From the NCBI GenBank assembly GCA_964421355.1, contig CAYQWX010000006.1, forward strand, positions 1 through 61,321: a stretch of DNA of 61,321 bases, given 5' to 3'. The stretch's first letter is position 1; every line of letters begins with the position of its first letter. Origin of the DNA: an uncultured Bacteroidales bacterium. GTDB lineage: Bacteria > Bacteroidota > Bacteroidia > Bacteroidales > JALTDM01. The notes under the pieces were generated by a model that saw only the letters and a list, made by a program, of their open reading frames with translations, was not told the DNA's origin and did no database searches. Position numbers and translations under genes: made by a program. Positions 41,339 to 52,900 of the stretch are shown piece by piece.

Positions 41339-43657
41339 TTAAAATTTATAACTCAATCCAAAACTTGGCATAAACGGTAATTGATTTACTCGTCTATGCC
41401 CAATTCTATCAAAATAAAATACATTTGGTCTATTATATACATTTGTAATAGTAAATGCCATTTCCAATCGCGAAGTATTTATGAACTCAACCCAGTGCTT
41501 AAGAGTGAAATCCAACCTATGGTATGCAGGTAAACGGGCTCCGTTCAAATCTCCATAAATAAATCCAAATTGTCCGTTTGATTGAGCATAATTATCTGTA
41601 ATAGAATTAAGTACTATTTGTTCAAATATTCCTGCAGTTTGTGTAAATGGGAATCCCGAACCAAAATTCCACCTAAAACTAATTTCCCAATTTTGTATTT
41701 CTCCCAATTTATAAGTAGTAACAAAATTTATATTATGCCTACGGTCAAAATGAGGAACATATTTTTGTACACCATCATCTCTATGTGAAAAACCTAATGA
41801 ATATACAAACCAAATATAAAGTCTTCCATAATCATATTTTGTTAAAAAATCAACTCCATACGCATCTCCTGTCTCAACAATAAAATCTTTTTTCAAATAA
41901 TCGGGAATATCTGCATTTAGTTCATTATCCTCATATATTTTATCTCTATTTATGTTAGTCAATTGGTCAAATTTTTTGTAATATCCTTCTACATTTACCA
42001 TTATTCTATTTGACACATCGTATTCTAATCCTAACACTCCATGTTTTGCTTTTTGTAATTTAGAAGTAACCGGTTTTCCATTAAATGTTTCAGGTAAGTT
42101 TTCCGGTGCAGATAAAAAGCCATAAAAAAGATTTACAACATCTCTATCGGATGTAGCACTAATAAATATTTGACTATACAAACCTCCTGCAAATTTAAAG
42201 CGTAATTTGTCATTAAGTTTATATTTTATACCAATACGGGGTTCAGGTGAAAACTCTGATAACGAAGCATAATATTGAAGTCTAAATCCTGGCTCAAATA
42301 TAAATTTCTTCCAATTCATTTTATAGGAAACAAATGAACCGAATTCCGTAGTATTATCTTCTTGTTCTACTTTGAGTTCCAATGCGTTATAAAAAAGGAA
42401 ACTTGTTTTAAAACCTTCTACATCAATACCATATTTCAATTGATTTTTACCTAAAAAATACTTATATTCCATATTTAAGTTAAAACCACCAATACCGCTT
42501 TCTCGTGGCAAATTATCAACATCGTCCAACATTATATGATAATTAGAAAAGGATAAATGAGCTTTGATTATTGCATTTGCAGAAGCGGGTAATATTAAAA
42601 AACGAGACCCAATACCACGCTCTTGCCAGTTAAGATTAGATAAAGCACTATAATTTACTCTATCAGAGTAGTTAAAACCAAAAATACTTATTTTACTACC
42701 ATTGCCTGCATTTAAAGTAACTTTCCCATAAAGATCTGTATAGTTAAACGGAAGTCCTGCTGTATCTATATAAGAATAAAGAAGTTTAGATGATTGTTCC
42801 AAATATGATGTTTTGGCAGAAAATATAAATGAAGAGCTTCCTTTGCCATCATCTTTATCTTTTGATATAGGACCTTCAAACATTGCTTTGGCTCCAAATG
42901 TACTTGCAGTAACTTTCCCTTTATATTTTTTTCTGTTACCATCACGCATAGTAATATCCATAATAGAGGAAATACGATCTCCATATTCTGCACCAAAACC
43001 ACCGGTATATACATCTACATTTTGAATAATGTCGGCATCTATTACAGAAAATAATCCTATGCTATGAAAGGGATTATATACTGTCATACCATCAAGCAAT
43101 ACTTTATTTTGAATAGGAGAACCTCCTCTTATATACAATTGTCCACCTTGATCTCCTGTAAAAACTACTCCCGGCAACACTTGCAAATACTGTGCTAAAT
43201 CAGGAGTAGCTCCTATTGTTGGTAATTCTTTAAGCTGTTTAGGGGCTATTTTTATAACGGAAGCTTTTACTTCTGTTTTCATTTCTTGCCGTTCGGCAGA
43301 CACCTTTACTGTTTTAAGTTTTATCGAAGAGGAGACAAGATATACTTTTTTGTTTGTGATACTATTGGGGTTAATAATCACAGGTACTTCCTTAGATTCA
43401 TATCCCATATACTGAAAAACAAGCACTTGTTTACCTGCTGGAATATTTGTAATATTAAAAAACCCGTTTACATCAGTAGAAGCTCCTTTTTTAGTATTTT
43501 TTACTACAATATTTACGAACATTAATGGCTCACCGGTATTTTTATCATATACAAAACCTCTCACACTTCCTTCTTGTTGTGCACTTGCATAAAAAAGATT
43601 TCCCGCCAAAAATAGCGGGAAAATCACAATAAATTTTAAAAACCAATATCTCATCAT
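41339..43657 (-). CDS. TonB-dependent receptor with N-terminal carboxypeptidase-regulatory-like domain
   Basis: GFVYDKNTGEPL domain; plug LPGV...LYIRGG...LLDG; YHRLD; terminal GLSYKF. Confidence 0.92.
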   Translation of the reverse strand: MMRYWFLKFIVIFPLFLAGNLFYASAQQEGSVRGFVYDKNTGEPLMFVNIVVKNTKKGASTDVNGFFNITNIPAGKQVLVFQYMGYESKEVPVIINPNSITNKKVYLVSSSIKLKTVKVSAERQEMKTEVKASVIKIAPKQLKELPTIGATPDLAQYLQVLPGVVFTGDQGGQLYIRGGSPIQNKVLLDGMTVYNPFHSIGLFSVIDADIIQNVDVYTGGFGAEYGDRISSIMDITMRDGNRKKYKGKVTASTFGAKAMFEGPISKDKDDGKGSSSFIFSAKTSYLEQSSKLLYSYIDTAGLPFNYTDLYGKVTLNAGNGSKISIFGFNYSDRVNYSALSNLNWQERGIGSRFLILPASANAIIKAHLSFSNYHIMLDDVDNLPRESGIGGFNLNMEYKYFLGKNQLKYGIDVEGFKTSFLFYNALELKVEQEDNTTEFGSFVSYKMNWKKFIFEPGFRLQYYASLSEFSPEPRIGIKYKLNDKLRFKFAGGLYSQIFISATSDRDVVNLFYGFLSAPENLPETFNGKPVTSKLQKAKHGVLGLEYDVSNRIMVNVEGYYKKFDQLTNINRDKIYEDNELNADIPDYLKKDFIVETGDAYGVDFLTKYDYGRLYIWFVYSLGFSHRDDGVQKYVPHFDRRHNINFVTTYKLGEIQNWEISFRWNFGSGFPFTQTAGIFEQIVLNSITDNYAQSNGQFGFIYGDLNGARLPAYHRLDFTLKHWVEFINTSRLEMAFTITNVYNRPNVFYFDRIGHRRVNQLPFMPSFGLSYKF

Positions 43658-43663
43658 TTTAAT

Positions 43664-45559
43664 TTATTGACTATTATATTTTTTCAAAATATTTAATTTA
43701 TCCGATAATAATTTCATCTTTTGACGCTTCTCTTCTATCTTACTTCTTATATCTTTCAAAAACTCATTATCGGTAGAAGAAAAGAAAGCCAAGTTGTTTT
43801 CCATTTTTGTTACTTGCCTTTCCAATTCTTTTATTCTCTTATTCAAAGCAAAATATTCGTTATTCACAAATTTTTGAAAACCCTTTGTATCTTTTTTATC
43901 TTTCACTTTTTGTTCATACAAAATCAATATCTTTTTGTTTTCATCTATATTTGCTTTTTCATACAACTGCTTCAAAGCATTAGAATAAGCATCATTTATT
44001 TCATTTTTCTTTTCAATAGGAACAAACCCTATAGTATTCCATCTAACAACAAAAGCATTTATAGCCTCCATATCCTTTTCGGCATTACCTGTAGATTCAA
44101 AAGCTTTCATTTCTTCTATAAGCTCTTGTTTCTTTTTGTAATTTTCTTCTTCCACACCTTTCAAAGACTCATAATATTTTTCCCGTCTATCAAAGAAATA
44201 ATTACATGCTGCACGAAACTGTTCCCATATTTTTTCTGACTCTTCTTGTGGCACAGGACCTATTTCTTTCCACTCCTTTTGTATATCTATTATTTCGGAA
44301 GTTGTCTTTTTCCAATCTTCACTATCTTTAAGTGCTTCTACTTTTTCAATTAGTTTTAATTTTTTATCAAGATTTTCTTTCAACAAATCATCGTAATGCT
44401 CAAAGAATTTTCTTTTTTTATCAAAAAACTTATCAAAAGCAGCTCTAAATCGCTCATATATAGAGTCATTATATTTAACAGGCACTCTTCCAACTTTTCT
44501 CCACTCTTGATCTAATAACAATAATTCATCCTTTTTTTCTTTCCATTCTTTCACTCTCTTATAATCGCCATCAGCAATTGCTTCCGCCTTTTCACATAAT
44601 TCTGTTTTTTTCTTCAAATTTTCTTGCTCTCTCTTCTTTTTATCTTTAAAAAAGTTTGAATAAGCATCATTTATTTTTCTAGATACTTCCTTAAATCTTT
44701 CCCATAATTTATCACTCACCTCACGTGGAACAGGACCTATTTCTTTCCATCTTTTATGTAAATCTTGTAACTCATTAAAAGATTTTATAGGTAATGTTTC
44801 ATAAGGTAAATTTTCTGCCGCTTCTACAATAAGTAGTTTTTCCTCATAATTTTTTTGGCGATCCATTTCCATCAATTCTCTATTTATCTCCAAATACTCA
44901 TAAAACATTTTGGTCGCCAAATCAAAACGGCTCATCAAATCTCTATACTTGGAAGAATGTACTCCTCCTGTCTTTTTCCACTCCCACATTAATTCTTTAA
45001 ACTTCTTATATACAACACCTATTTTTTCACTACTTTTAGGTAATTCTTTTATTTTCTCTATTATCTCAAGTTTTTTCTCATAATTTTTTTGTTGGTATTC
45101 TGCTCTCTTACGATAATATTCTTTTTGTATTTCTAAAAATCTATTTAATAATTCCTCAAACTTTTCTTGAAAATACTTATCATCTACACTTGGTTTATAA
45201 TCTTCTGCTCTACCACCTTCTTCTACAAATTGTTGTTTTTTTGAAGAAATATATTCTTTATATTTTTTATTGAAAACTTCTTCTAATCCTTTTACAATCC
45301 TACCCACAAGAGAAATGTTGGAATATTCAGATAAATTTGCTATTAAATCATTTTCAAAATAATCCAACACACCTTCCACATCTAATCCATCTATTTTTTC
45401 CAATTCTTCCTCTAAATTATATCTCACATATTCTTTACTATTTTTACTCTCCACATCATTATCGCTATTTTGTTGATTTTCTACTTGCTGATTATTTTCA
45501 TCCATAGGAATATTAGACATATTTTCTTGGTTTTCAGAAGATTTAATTTCTTCACTCAT
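43664..45559 (-). CDS. DUF349 repeat protein
   Basis: Repeated WK-x-IG-x-VP...W-x-x-F units in a helical protein. Start set at MSEE because TATATTTG lies at 45582-45589 on the minus strand. Confidence 0.9.
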   Translation of the reverse strand: MSEEIKSSENQENMSNIPMDENNQQVENQQNSDNDVESKNSKEYVRYNLEEELEKIDGLDVEGVLDYFENDLIANLSEYSNISLVGRIVKGLEEVFNKKYKEYISSKKQQFVEEGGRAEDYKPSVDDKYFQEKFEELLNRFLEIQKEYYRKRAEYQQKNYEKKLEIIEKIKELPKSSEKIGVVYKKFKELMWEWKKTGGVHSSKYRDLMSRFDLATKMFYEYLEINRELMEMDRQKNYEEKLLIVEAAENLPYETLPIKSFNELQDLHKRWKEIGPVPREVSDKLWERFKEVSRKINDAYSNFFKDKKKREQENLKKKTELCEKAEAIADGDYKRVKEWKEKKDELLLLDQEWRKVGRVPVKYNDSIYERFRAAFDKFFDKKRKFFEHYDDLLKENLDKKLKLIEKVEALKDSEDWKKTTSEIIDIQKEWKEIGPVPQEESEKIWEQFRAACNYFFDRREKYYESLKGVEEENYKKKQELIEEMKAFESTGNAEKDMEAINAFVVRWNTIGFVPIEKKNEINDAYSNALKQLYEKANIDENKKILILYEQKVKDKKDTKGFQKFVNNEYFALNKRIKELERQVTKMENNLAFFSSTDNEFLKDIRSKIEEKRQKMKLLSDKLNILKKYNSQ

Positions 45560-45695
45560 AACAAAAAACTTTTGAATAGCACAAATATAATGCAAAATAT
45601 TCAAAATAAAGCAAAACTATAACATTTAGTTTTATTAGGTTGTAAATTCAATTAGTAAATGTAACAATTAAGTTATTTAATTTGTATTTTTATTT

Positions 45696-45788
45696 GGAGT
45701 TAGGGAAGTTCTCTTTGCGAAATTAAGCGTAGCGAAATGGAGCAAAGAGAACCAAGGGAAGAAAACCTTAGCTCTACCTACTCCGCAG
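45696..45788. other. Orphan GC-rich stem-loop element (ncRNA or REP-like DNA element)
   Basis: Perfect 11-bp inverted repeat GTTCTCTTTGC (45708-45718) / GCAAAGAGAAC (45742-45752), plus an outer 9-bp stem 45697-45705 / 45766-45774. Confidence 0.5.
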
Positions 45789-46189
45789 TAAATGCTAACT
45801 TTATTACACAAGCATTGAATGTAAGCAAATTAACTAACCATAGCAAAGACTCTTAATACAACTGATTACTTTACTCACTCATATAATTCTTGGGAAAAAG
45901 GGCAAATTGAATATTGCAATAAATTGTTAAGACAATATATTCCTAAAAAGTCAATTATTGATAAACAAATAACACAGAATCTCAATGAAATACAAATGAA
46001 AACAAATAGAAGACCTAGAAAAAATTTAGGGCTTCAGATGTCTTTTAATTTATTTTATAAATTTGTAAATGAAAATGTTACATTTGATAGTTGAATCTAC
46101 TATATAGTTCCAAAACTTCAAAAAAATAAGTTGTTTTACAAAAAAACAATACCTTTGCTTGCATATACTAATACAAAAAAATAAAAAAT

Positions 46190-48352
46190 ATGAAAAGTGA
46201 AATGAAAAATTTATGGTATTCAGTATTATTGCTAATAGTTGCAATAATTGTAGGATTTTACTTTGCAAAAAATAATAACACTATGAAACAAACACAAAAA
46301 AAGTGGAATTATCCTAACCCCAAAAAAGTAGATACAATTGATAACTATTTTGGGACAAAAGTACCAGACCCATATCGTTGGATGGAAAACGAAAATGATC
46401 CAAATCTAAAAAAATGGATAAAAGAAGAAAACAAACTAACTTTTGATTATTTATCAAAAATACCTTATAGAAATAAAATAAAAAAAAGATTAGAAGAATT
46501 GATAAACTATGAAAGAAAAAGTACTCCATTTACAAAAGGTAATTTAACATTTTACTTTTATAATCCAGGAACGCTCAATCAAAGTATATTATATGTACAA
46601 GAACCTGGCAAAAAAGCACGGAAACTTATAGACCCCAACACTTTTTCAAAAGATGGCACAATAGCACTATCAGGAATAGGAATATCACACAACACCAAGT
46701 ATATTGCTTACTCTATATCAGTAGGAGGTAGCGATTGGAGACAAATAATAGTAAAAGAAATAAAAACAGGTAAAAACATAGACGACACCATCCACTGGGC
46801 TAAATTTACCGGCATAAGCTGGTTCAAAAACGGATTTTTTTATAGCGGATATACTCCCCCTGAAAAAGGGAAAGAGCTATCTATGAAAAACGAATATCAC
46901 AAACTATTTTATCACAAATTAGGCACTCCCCAATCACAAGATAAAGTGATAATGGAAGATAAAAATGATCCATACCGCATGTTTTATGCAGATGTTACTT
47001 ATGATGAAAAATACTTAATAATCACAGAAGAAGCCCGCAATACCATGGGCAATAGAATATGGATAAAAGATTTACAAAAAAATACCAACCCGTTTTTATT
47101 AAACCAATCTTTTGATTATGAATACAGTGTAATAGGTCATATCGGAACAAAATTATTTATAAAAACAAATAAAGATGCTGAAAATTATAAACTCGTAATT
47201 GCAGACATTAGCAATCCTTCAAATATAATTTGGACTGACCTTTTGCCCGAACAGGATGATGTATTACTATCAGCAGATATTGCAAACGAAAACAACCTCG
47301 TAGTAAAATATATGAAAGATGCCAGCGATAGACTATACATATATGATTTATCAGGTAAAAAAATAAAAGAAATCACTTTACCCACATTAGGTTCAATAGG
47401 AGGACCAAACACAGAATACGATAAAGATTATATGTATTATTCTTTTACATCATTTTTGTATCCTTCGGTTATATATAAATATGATTTCAAAAAAGATACA
47501 AGCGTAGAAATATTTAGACCAAAAATAAATTTTGATTTTGATAACTATGTAACTGAACAAATATTTTACAAAAGTAAAGACGGAACAAAAATTCCAATGT
47601 TTATAGTTCATAAAAAAGGCATAAAACTTGACCACAATAATCCTGCATGGTTATACGGATATGGAGGTTTTAACATTAGCTTAAAGCCATATTTTAGTGC
47701 TACTAGACTTGTGCTTTTTGAAAATGGAGTAGTATTTGCAATGGCAAACCTGCGGGGAGGTGGCGAATATGGACGCAAGTGGCATGAAGCAGGCATGAAA
47801 CTAAACAAACAAAATGTATTTGATGATTTTATTGCCGCCGCAGAATATCTAATAAACAAAGGATATACTTCACCCAAAAAACTTATTATTCATGGAGGGT
47901 CTAATGGTGGATTACTTATAGGAGCAGTTACCAATCAACGATCTGATTTGTTTGCAGTAGCTATCCCTTCTGTTGGAGTAATGGATATGCTTAGGTTTCA
48001 AAAATTTACAATAGGTTGGAATTGGGTAACAGACTATGGATCAAGTGATGATTCTACTCAATTTGCATACATATACAAATATTCGCCTCTATATAACATA
48101 CATGAAGGCATTAATTATCCTGCTATATTGGCTACTACTGCCGACCACGACGACAGAGTGGTGCCTGCACACTCATTTAAGTATATTGCCACATTACAAG
48201 AAAAATATAAAGGTCCTAACCCTGTTATGATACGGATAGAAACAATGGCAGGACACGGAGCAGGAAAACCTATTTCCAAAATAATAGAAGAAGTTACCGA
48301 CATGTATGCTTTTGCATTTTATAATGTAGGAATAAAAGATGTAAAAGAATAA
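46190..48352 (+). CDS. Prolyl oligopeptidase (S9A)
   Basis: DPYRWME, YGYGGF, catalytic GGSNGG, DHDDRV and AGHG; TACCTTTG promoter element at 46150-46157. Confidence 0.97.
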   Translation: MKSEMKNLWYSVLLLIVAIIVGFYFAKNNNTMKQTQKKWNYPNPKKVDTIDNYFGTKVPDPYRWMENENDPNLKKWIKEENKLTFDYLSKIPYRNKIKKRLEELINYERKSTPFTKGNLTFYFYNPGTLNQSILYVQEPGKKARKLIDPNTFSKDGTIALSGIGISHNTKYIAYSISVGGSDWRQIIVKEIKTGKNIDDTIHWAKFTGISWFKNGFFYSGYTPPEKGKELSMKNEYHKLFYHKLGTPQSQDKVIMEDKNDPYRMFYADVTYDEKYLIITEEARNTMGNRIWIKDLQKNTNPFLLNQSFDYEYSVIGHIGTKLFIKTNKDAENYKLVIADISNPSNIIWTDLLPEQDDVLLSADIANENNLVVKYMKDASDRLYIYDLSGKKIKEITLPTLGSIGGPNTEYDKDYMYYSFTSFLYPSVIYKYDFKKDTSVEIFRPKINFDFDNYVTEQIFYKSKDGTKIPMFIVHKKGIKLDHNNPAWLYGYGGFNISLKPYFSATRLVLFENGVVFAMANLRGGGEYGRKWHEAGMKLNKQNVFDDFIAAAEYLINKGYTSPKKLIIHGGSNGGLLIGAVTNQRSDLFAVAIPSVGVMDMLRFQKFTIGWNWVTDYGSSDDSTQFAYIYKYSPLYNIHEGINYPAILATTADHDDRVVPAHSFKYIATLQEKYKGPNPVMIRIETMAGHGAGKPISKIIEEVTDMYAFAFYNVGIKDVKE

Positions 48353-48373
48353 ATAAAATTATTCGAAACACAA

Positions 48374-48408
48374 AATAGAGGTATGTAAAATAACAGCATA
48401 CCTCTATT
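48374..48408 (+). terminator. Terminator after prolyl oligopeptidase
   Basis: 12-bp stem AATAGAGGTATG / CATACCTCTATT. Confidence 0.7.
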
Positions 48409-48575
48409 ATTCACAACAACATAACATCTTTATCAAACTTTAATTCTCTTGAAATCTCAAATTTTAACAAAAAATTATCATCTAATCATAGTAGTATTTA
48501 TTGCAAAATAATATTTTTTTAATTGTGTGTTCAAAAAGTTTTATATATTTGCACACAATAAAATGTATTGTTCGT

Positions 48576-49493
48576 ATGAATAAAAGTTTTTTTAAGTCAT
48601 TACCTTTGTTGGTATTAAGTGGTATGTTTGTACTATGGGGCTGTGGGAGTAGCAATAATAAAAACACACCATCAGAAGATAGTTTGGAAAATCAAATAGA
48701 CCAAGAAATAGACTCTAATGCAACAGCCGTCATAATGATGAATGGGACACTTTTTAGTATTCCATCACCATACCAAATGGCAATGCTAATAAAAAAGAAA
48801 AATCTGGAATTTAATGATGAACTGATTGTCCCATTAGATTCTGCAAATAATTATACCAACTATTTTAAAAAAGCATTGGCAATAGGATTTTATGGTGCAG
48901 ATTTAGCATATTTCACTCTATATGACCAAACTCCTAAAGCAGTAAAATATTTTTCCAAAATAAAAATGCTTGCACAAGACCTTGACATAAGTTCAGGTTT
49001 TGATAAAGAAATAATGGAACGAATAGACAAAAATATGGGCAACAAAGACTCCCTAATGTATATCGTTTCCAACTCCTACAGAAAAGCAGATAACTTCTTA
49101 AAAGAAAATGAAAGACAAGAATTGGGTGCACTTATTCTAGCAGGAGGTTTTATAGAAAGTCTGTATATGAGTACACAATTAAGCAAAACAATAAAAGATC
49201 AAGAATTGATGTATAGAATAGGAGAACAAAAACACCCATTAGACAACCTAATAAAAATTCTAACTCCTTATTATGACAAATCTCCAGACTACACCGCTCT
49301 CGTTGACAAATTAGTTGATTTATCCTATGAATTTGAAGGAATAAAAATAAACTACAAATATGAACAACCGGAAATAATACCCGAAAAGAAATTAGCAATC
49401 ATAAAAAGCCAAACAGAAGTAAATATAAGTGATGAGCAACTACAAAAAATAAGAAATAAAGTTGCAGAAATCAGAAATTTTATGATAAAATAA
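48576..49493 (+). CDS. Hypothetical alpha-helical lipoprotein
   Basis: Start MNKS after a TATATTTG element at 48544-48551; lipobox LWGC; distinctive SIPSP and GFYGADLAY segments. Confidence 0.75.
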   Translation: MNKSFFKSLPLLVLSGMFVLWGCGSSNNKNTPSEDSLENQIDQEIDSNATAVIMMNGTLFSIPSPYQMAMLIKKKNLEFNDELIVPLDSANNYTNYFKKALAIGFYGADLAYFTLYDQTPKAVKYFSKIKMLAQDLDISSGFDKEIMERIDKNMGNKDSLMYIVSNSYRKADNFLKENERQELGALILAGGFIESLYMSTQLSKTIKDQELMYRIGEQKHPLDNLIKILTPYYDKSPDYTALVDKLVDLSYEFEGIKINYKYEQPEIIPEKKLAIIKSQTEVNISDEQLQKIRNKVAEIRNFMIK

Positions 49494-49515
49494 ACAAAAG
49501 AAAAAGTTTTTGAAA

Positions 49516-49953
49516 ATGAAAAAGTTAAGTAATATAATTATAGTTTTATTTTTAGGATTAAGCTTTGCAACATATACCGCAAATGCACAAGCAGATAAAA
49601 CTATTAGCTTGGTTACAAAATATATAAAGTTCCCATATATTTCAGATGGACAACAATATAAAGCGTTACTTAATGGAGATGAAATAGCAGAGTTTCATAT
49701 AACATTTTTTGGAGGTACGGTTTACAGGTTGGCAGCTGCCGCAGGTAACGAAGAAGGTAATGTCATTTTCAGAGTATATGACAAACAAAGAAATTTACTT
49801 TTTTCCAATGCTGATTATAATAATTCACCGTATTGGGACTTTAAATTTACTTCAACGGTAGATTGCCTGATAGAAATTCAATTGGATAATTCTAATTTAT
49901 CATCGGGATTTGTATATATGCTTGTAGGATTTAAGCAACAAGAAGAAAAATAA
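49516..49953 (+). CDS. Hypothetical small secreted beta-rich protein
   Basis: Signal peptide ending ANA-Q; alternating beta-strand pattern; tight spacing to both neighbours. Confidence 0.75.
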   Translation: MKKLSNIIIVLFLGLSFATYTANAQADKTISLVTKYIKFPYISDGQQYKALLNGDEIAEFHITFFGGTVYRLAAAAGNEEGNVIFRVYDKQRNLLFSNADYNNSPYWDFKFTSTVDCLIEIQLDNSNLSSGFVYMLVGFKQQEEK

Positions 49954-49965
49954 TAATTAGACAGA

Positions 49966-52900
49966 ATGAGCGAACGCATCTTAAAGGCATTGATGCATCT
50001 TTTTGCTCTTATTGCCAGACCCAACAGTAATCTGGAAGAACGAAAAGAAATTGTTGGTAGCTTTTTAAAACAACAATTAAACTCAGAACAAGTAGAAGAA
50101 TATCTCAAAATTTTTGTTAATTATTACAAAATATATCAAGAAAAACAAAGCAGAAAAGGAAAAAGAAACAAAAGCATTGCCGTAAGTTCCGTAAAAATAT
50201 TAAAAATCTGCAATGAAATAAATAGTGAACTTACACTTAAACAAAGAGTAATAGTTTTATATAACTTATTGGAATTCATTAAAGCAGATGTTGGAGAAGT
50301 AAGCGAACAAGAACTTGAATTTGTACAAACAGTTGCCCAAGAATTCCATATCCCCGAAGACGAATACAAAAGAATTAAGGGATTTGTAATATATGCATTT
50401 GACCAAATACCAAATTCTTCAAGAATGTTGCTTATTGATAGCAACAAAGACTTTAAGCACGAAAAAATAAAACACATGTATGTAGAAGGCATGAAAGGGC
50501 AAATACGCTTCTTTCATCTTCGTCTTACCGATATGTATTTTTTTCGATATCTTGGCTCTTCCGAACTTGTAATGAACGGTCAATTACTTCATCAAGATAA
50601 AGTATATATATTCACATTTGGTTCATCTATAAAAGCACCTAAAATAACTCCTATCTATTACAGCGATATTGTAAAAGTATTTAACGAAGACAAGACACAC
50701 GGAAAAATATTATTTGAAGTAAAAAACATTGAATACCACTTCCCCTCAGGAAATATAGGATTGCATCCTATAAGCTTCACAGAAGAATCAGGTAGAATGG
50801 TAGGAATAATGGGAGCAAGTGGTGCAGGGAAATCAACACTTTTGAGTGTGCTTAATGGCACAAACTCACCAACCAGAGGTGAAGTGCTTATAAATAAAAT
50901 AAATATTCATAAAGAAAAAGAAAAATTAGAAGGACTTATAGGTTTTGTATCACAAGATGATTTACTTATTGAAGAACTTACCGTATTTGAAAATCTTTAC
51001 TTCAATGCAAAACTTTGCTTTGATAACTACTCCGAATTTCAAATAATAAGAACAGTTTTCAAGACCCTGCAAACCCTTGGGCTTTATGAAATACGAAACA
51101 TGAAAGTAGGAAGTCCTCTCAATAAAAAAATAAGTGGAGGACAACGTAAACGTCTAAATATTGCATTAGAACTAATAAGAGAACCTGCCGTATTATTTTT
51201 GGACGAACCTACTTCCGGACTATCTTCCCGCGATAGCGAAAACATAATGGACTTGCTTAAAGACTTGTCTCTTAAAGGAAAATTAATCTTTGTAGTAATA
51301 CACCAACCATCTTCCGACATATTCAAAATGTTTGACAACCTCTTAATATTAGACCAAGGAGGATATATGGTATATTGTGGACCTCCAGTAGAAGCCATAG
51401 TTCACTTCAAAGCATCAATCAATTATGCCAATTGGCAAGAAGCAGAATGTCCGGTATGCGGAAATGTTAACCCCGAACAAATATTTAACATATTAGAATC
51501 TACTGTGTTAGATGAATACGGCTCTCCTACTATGATTAGAAAAATTTCTCCAAAAGAATGGAACGAAATATACTTAAAAAGTGAATTTAGCAAAAAAGCC
51601 GTCTCTATTACTGCCCAAAAAGAAGAACTCATATTACCTAAAATAACTTTTAACATTCCTAATAAAATAAAGCAAGCTTTTATATTCTTAAAGAGAGATA
51701 TATTGTCCAAACTTGCCAACAGCCAATACCTTATAATAAACGCACTGGAAACTCCAGTTTTAGCATTTTTATTGTCATACATTATTAAATATTGGAGCGT
51801 AGATGTATCTACAGGTGGACATTATATTTTCAGCAAAAATGAAAATATTCCTGCATATCTTTACATGGCAGTAATTGTAGCCATATTTATAGGTCTTACC
51901 GTAAGCGCCGAAGAAATTATTAAAGACAGAAAAATACTCATTCGTGAAAAATTCTTGAATTTAAGTTGGGGAAGTTTTATTGCAAGCAAAATATTTATAC
52001 TTCTATCTGTTGCTGTTATACAAGCTCTTATGTTTGCATTTATTGGCAATTATATATTGGAAATCAAAGGTATGTATTTTCATTATTGGCTTATGCTTTT
52101 CTCTGCTTGGGCATTTGCTATCATTCTTGGACTAAACATTTCCGATGCATTCAAAACTGCAGTAACAATATATATATCCATACCGTTTCTGGTAATTCCT
52201 CAAATGATATTAAGCGGTGTAGTATTCCGCTATGATAAACTTAATCCCACTATAAGTTCCCCTACCGAAATTCCTATTTACGGAGAAATAATTACAGCCC
52301 GATGGGCTTATGAAGGACTTGCTGTTCATCAATATAAAGACAATGCTTACGAACACATCTTTTATCCTTATGACAAAATAATAAATGACGCAAACTATAA
52401 AAAAGATTATTGGCTTGTAAACCTAATGAATAAAGCTAGTTTCGTAAAACGTAACTTAAAGAAAAAAGAAAAGAAACAAGACATAACAAATGCTCTGGAA
52501 CTATTAAGAAATGAATTATCAAAAGAACTTAAACATAATAAAAGATTTAAATTTGATAAACTAAATAAACTATATTACGACAAAATAACTCCATCTATCA
52601 TAGAAAGCACCCAAATGTTTCTTAAAAAACTGAAAAAATATTACATTGCAAAATCAAAATTAGCTTCCCAAAAGAAAGATGCCCTTGTATCCAAACTTCA
52701 AAATACACCAGAAAAAAGGGAACTGTTTCTTAAAATGAAAAAAGAATATACAAATGATAAATTAACTGATTTTGTACGCAACAGAACCGATTTGGAAGGA
52801 ATTATAGAATATAAAAATAGACTTTACAGAAAAATAGATCCAATCTATCAAGACCCTGAACATAAATTTATAAGGGCACATTTTTATGCTCCTCGCAAAA

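Noticed and set aside
45696..45788. Element interpreted as a tRNA, SRP RNA or simple terminator
   Set aside because: It has no T-loop GTTC in the proper context, no SRP GGAA-loop motif and no U-tract, and it lies between divergent genes. It is kept only as an unclassified element.
48414..48440. dif/Xer-like site (AACATAA-CATCT-TTATCAAACTT)
   Set aside because: The spacer is 5 nt rather than 6 and the XerD arm is degenerate. Such matches are expected by chance in AT-rich DNA.
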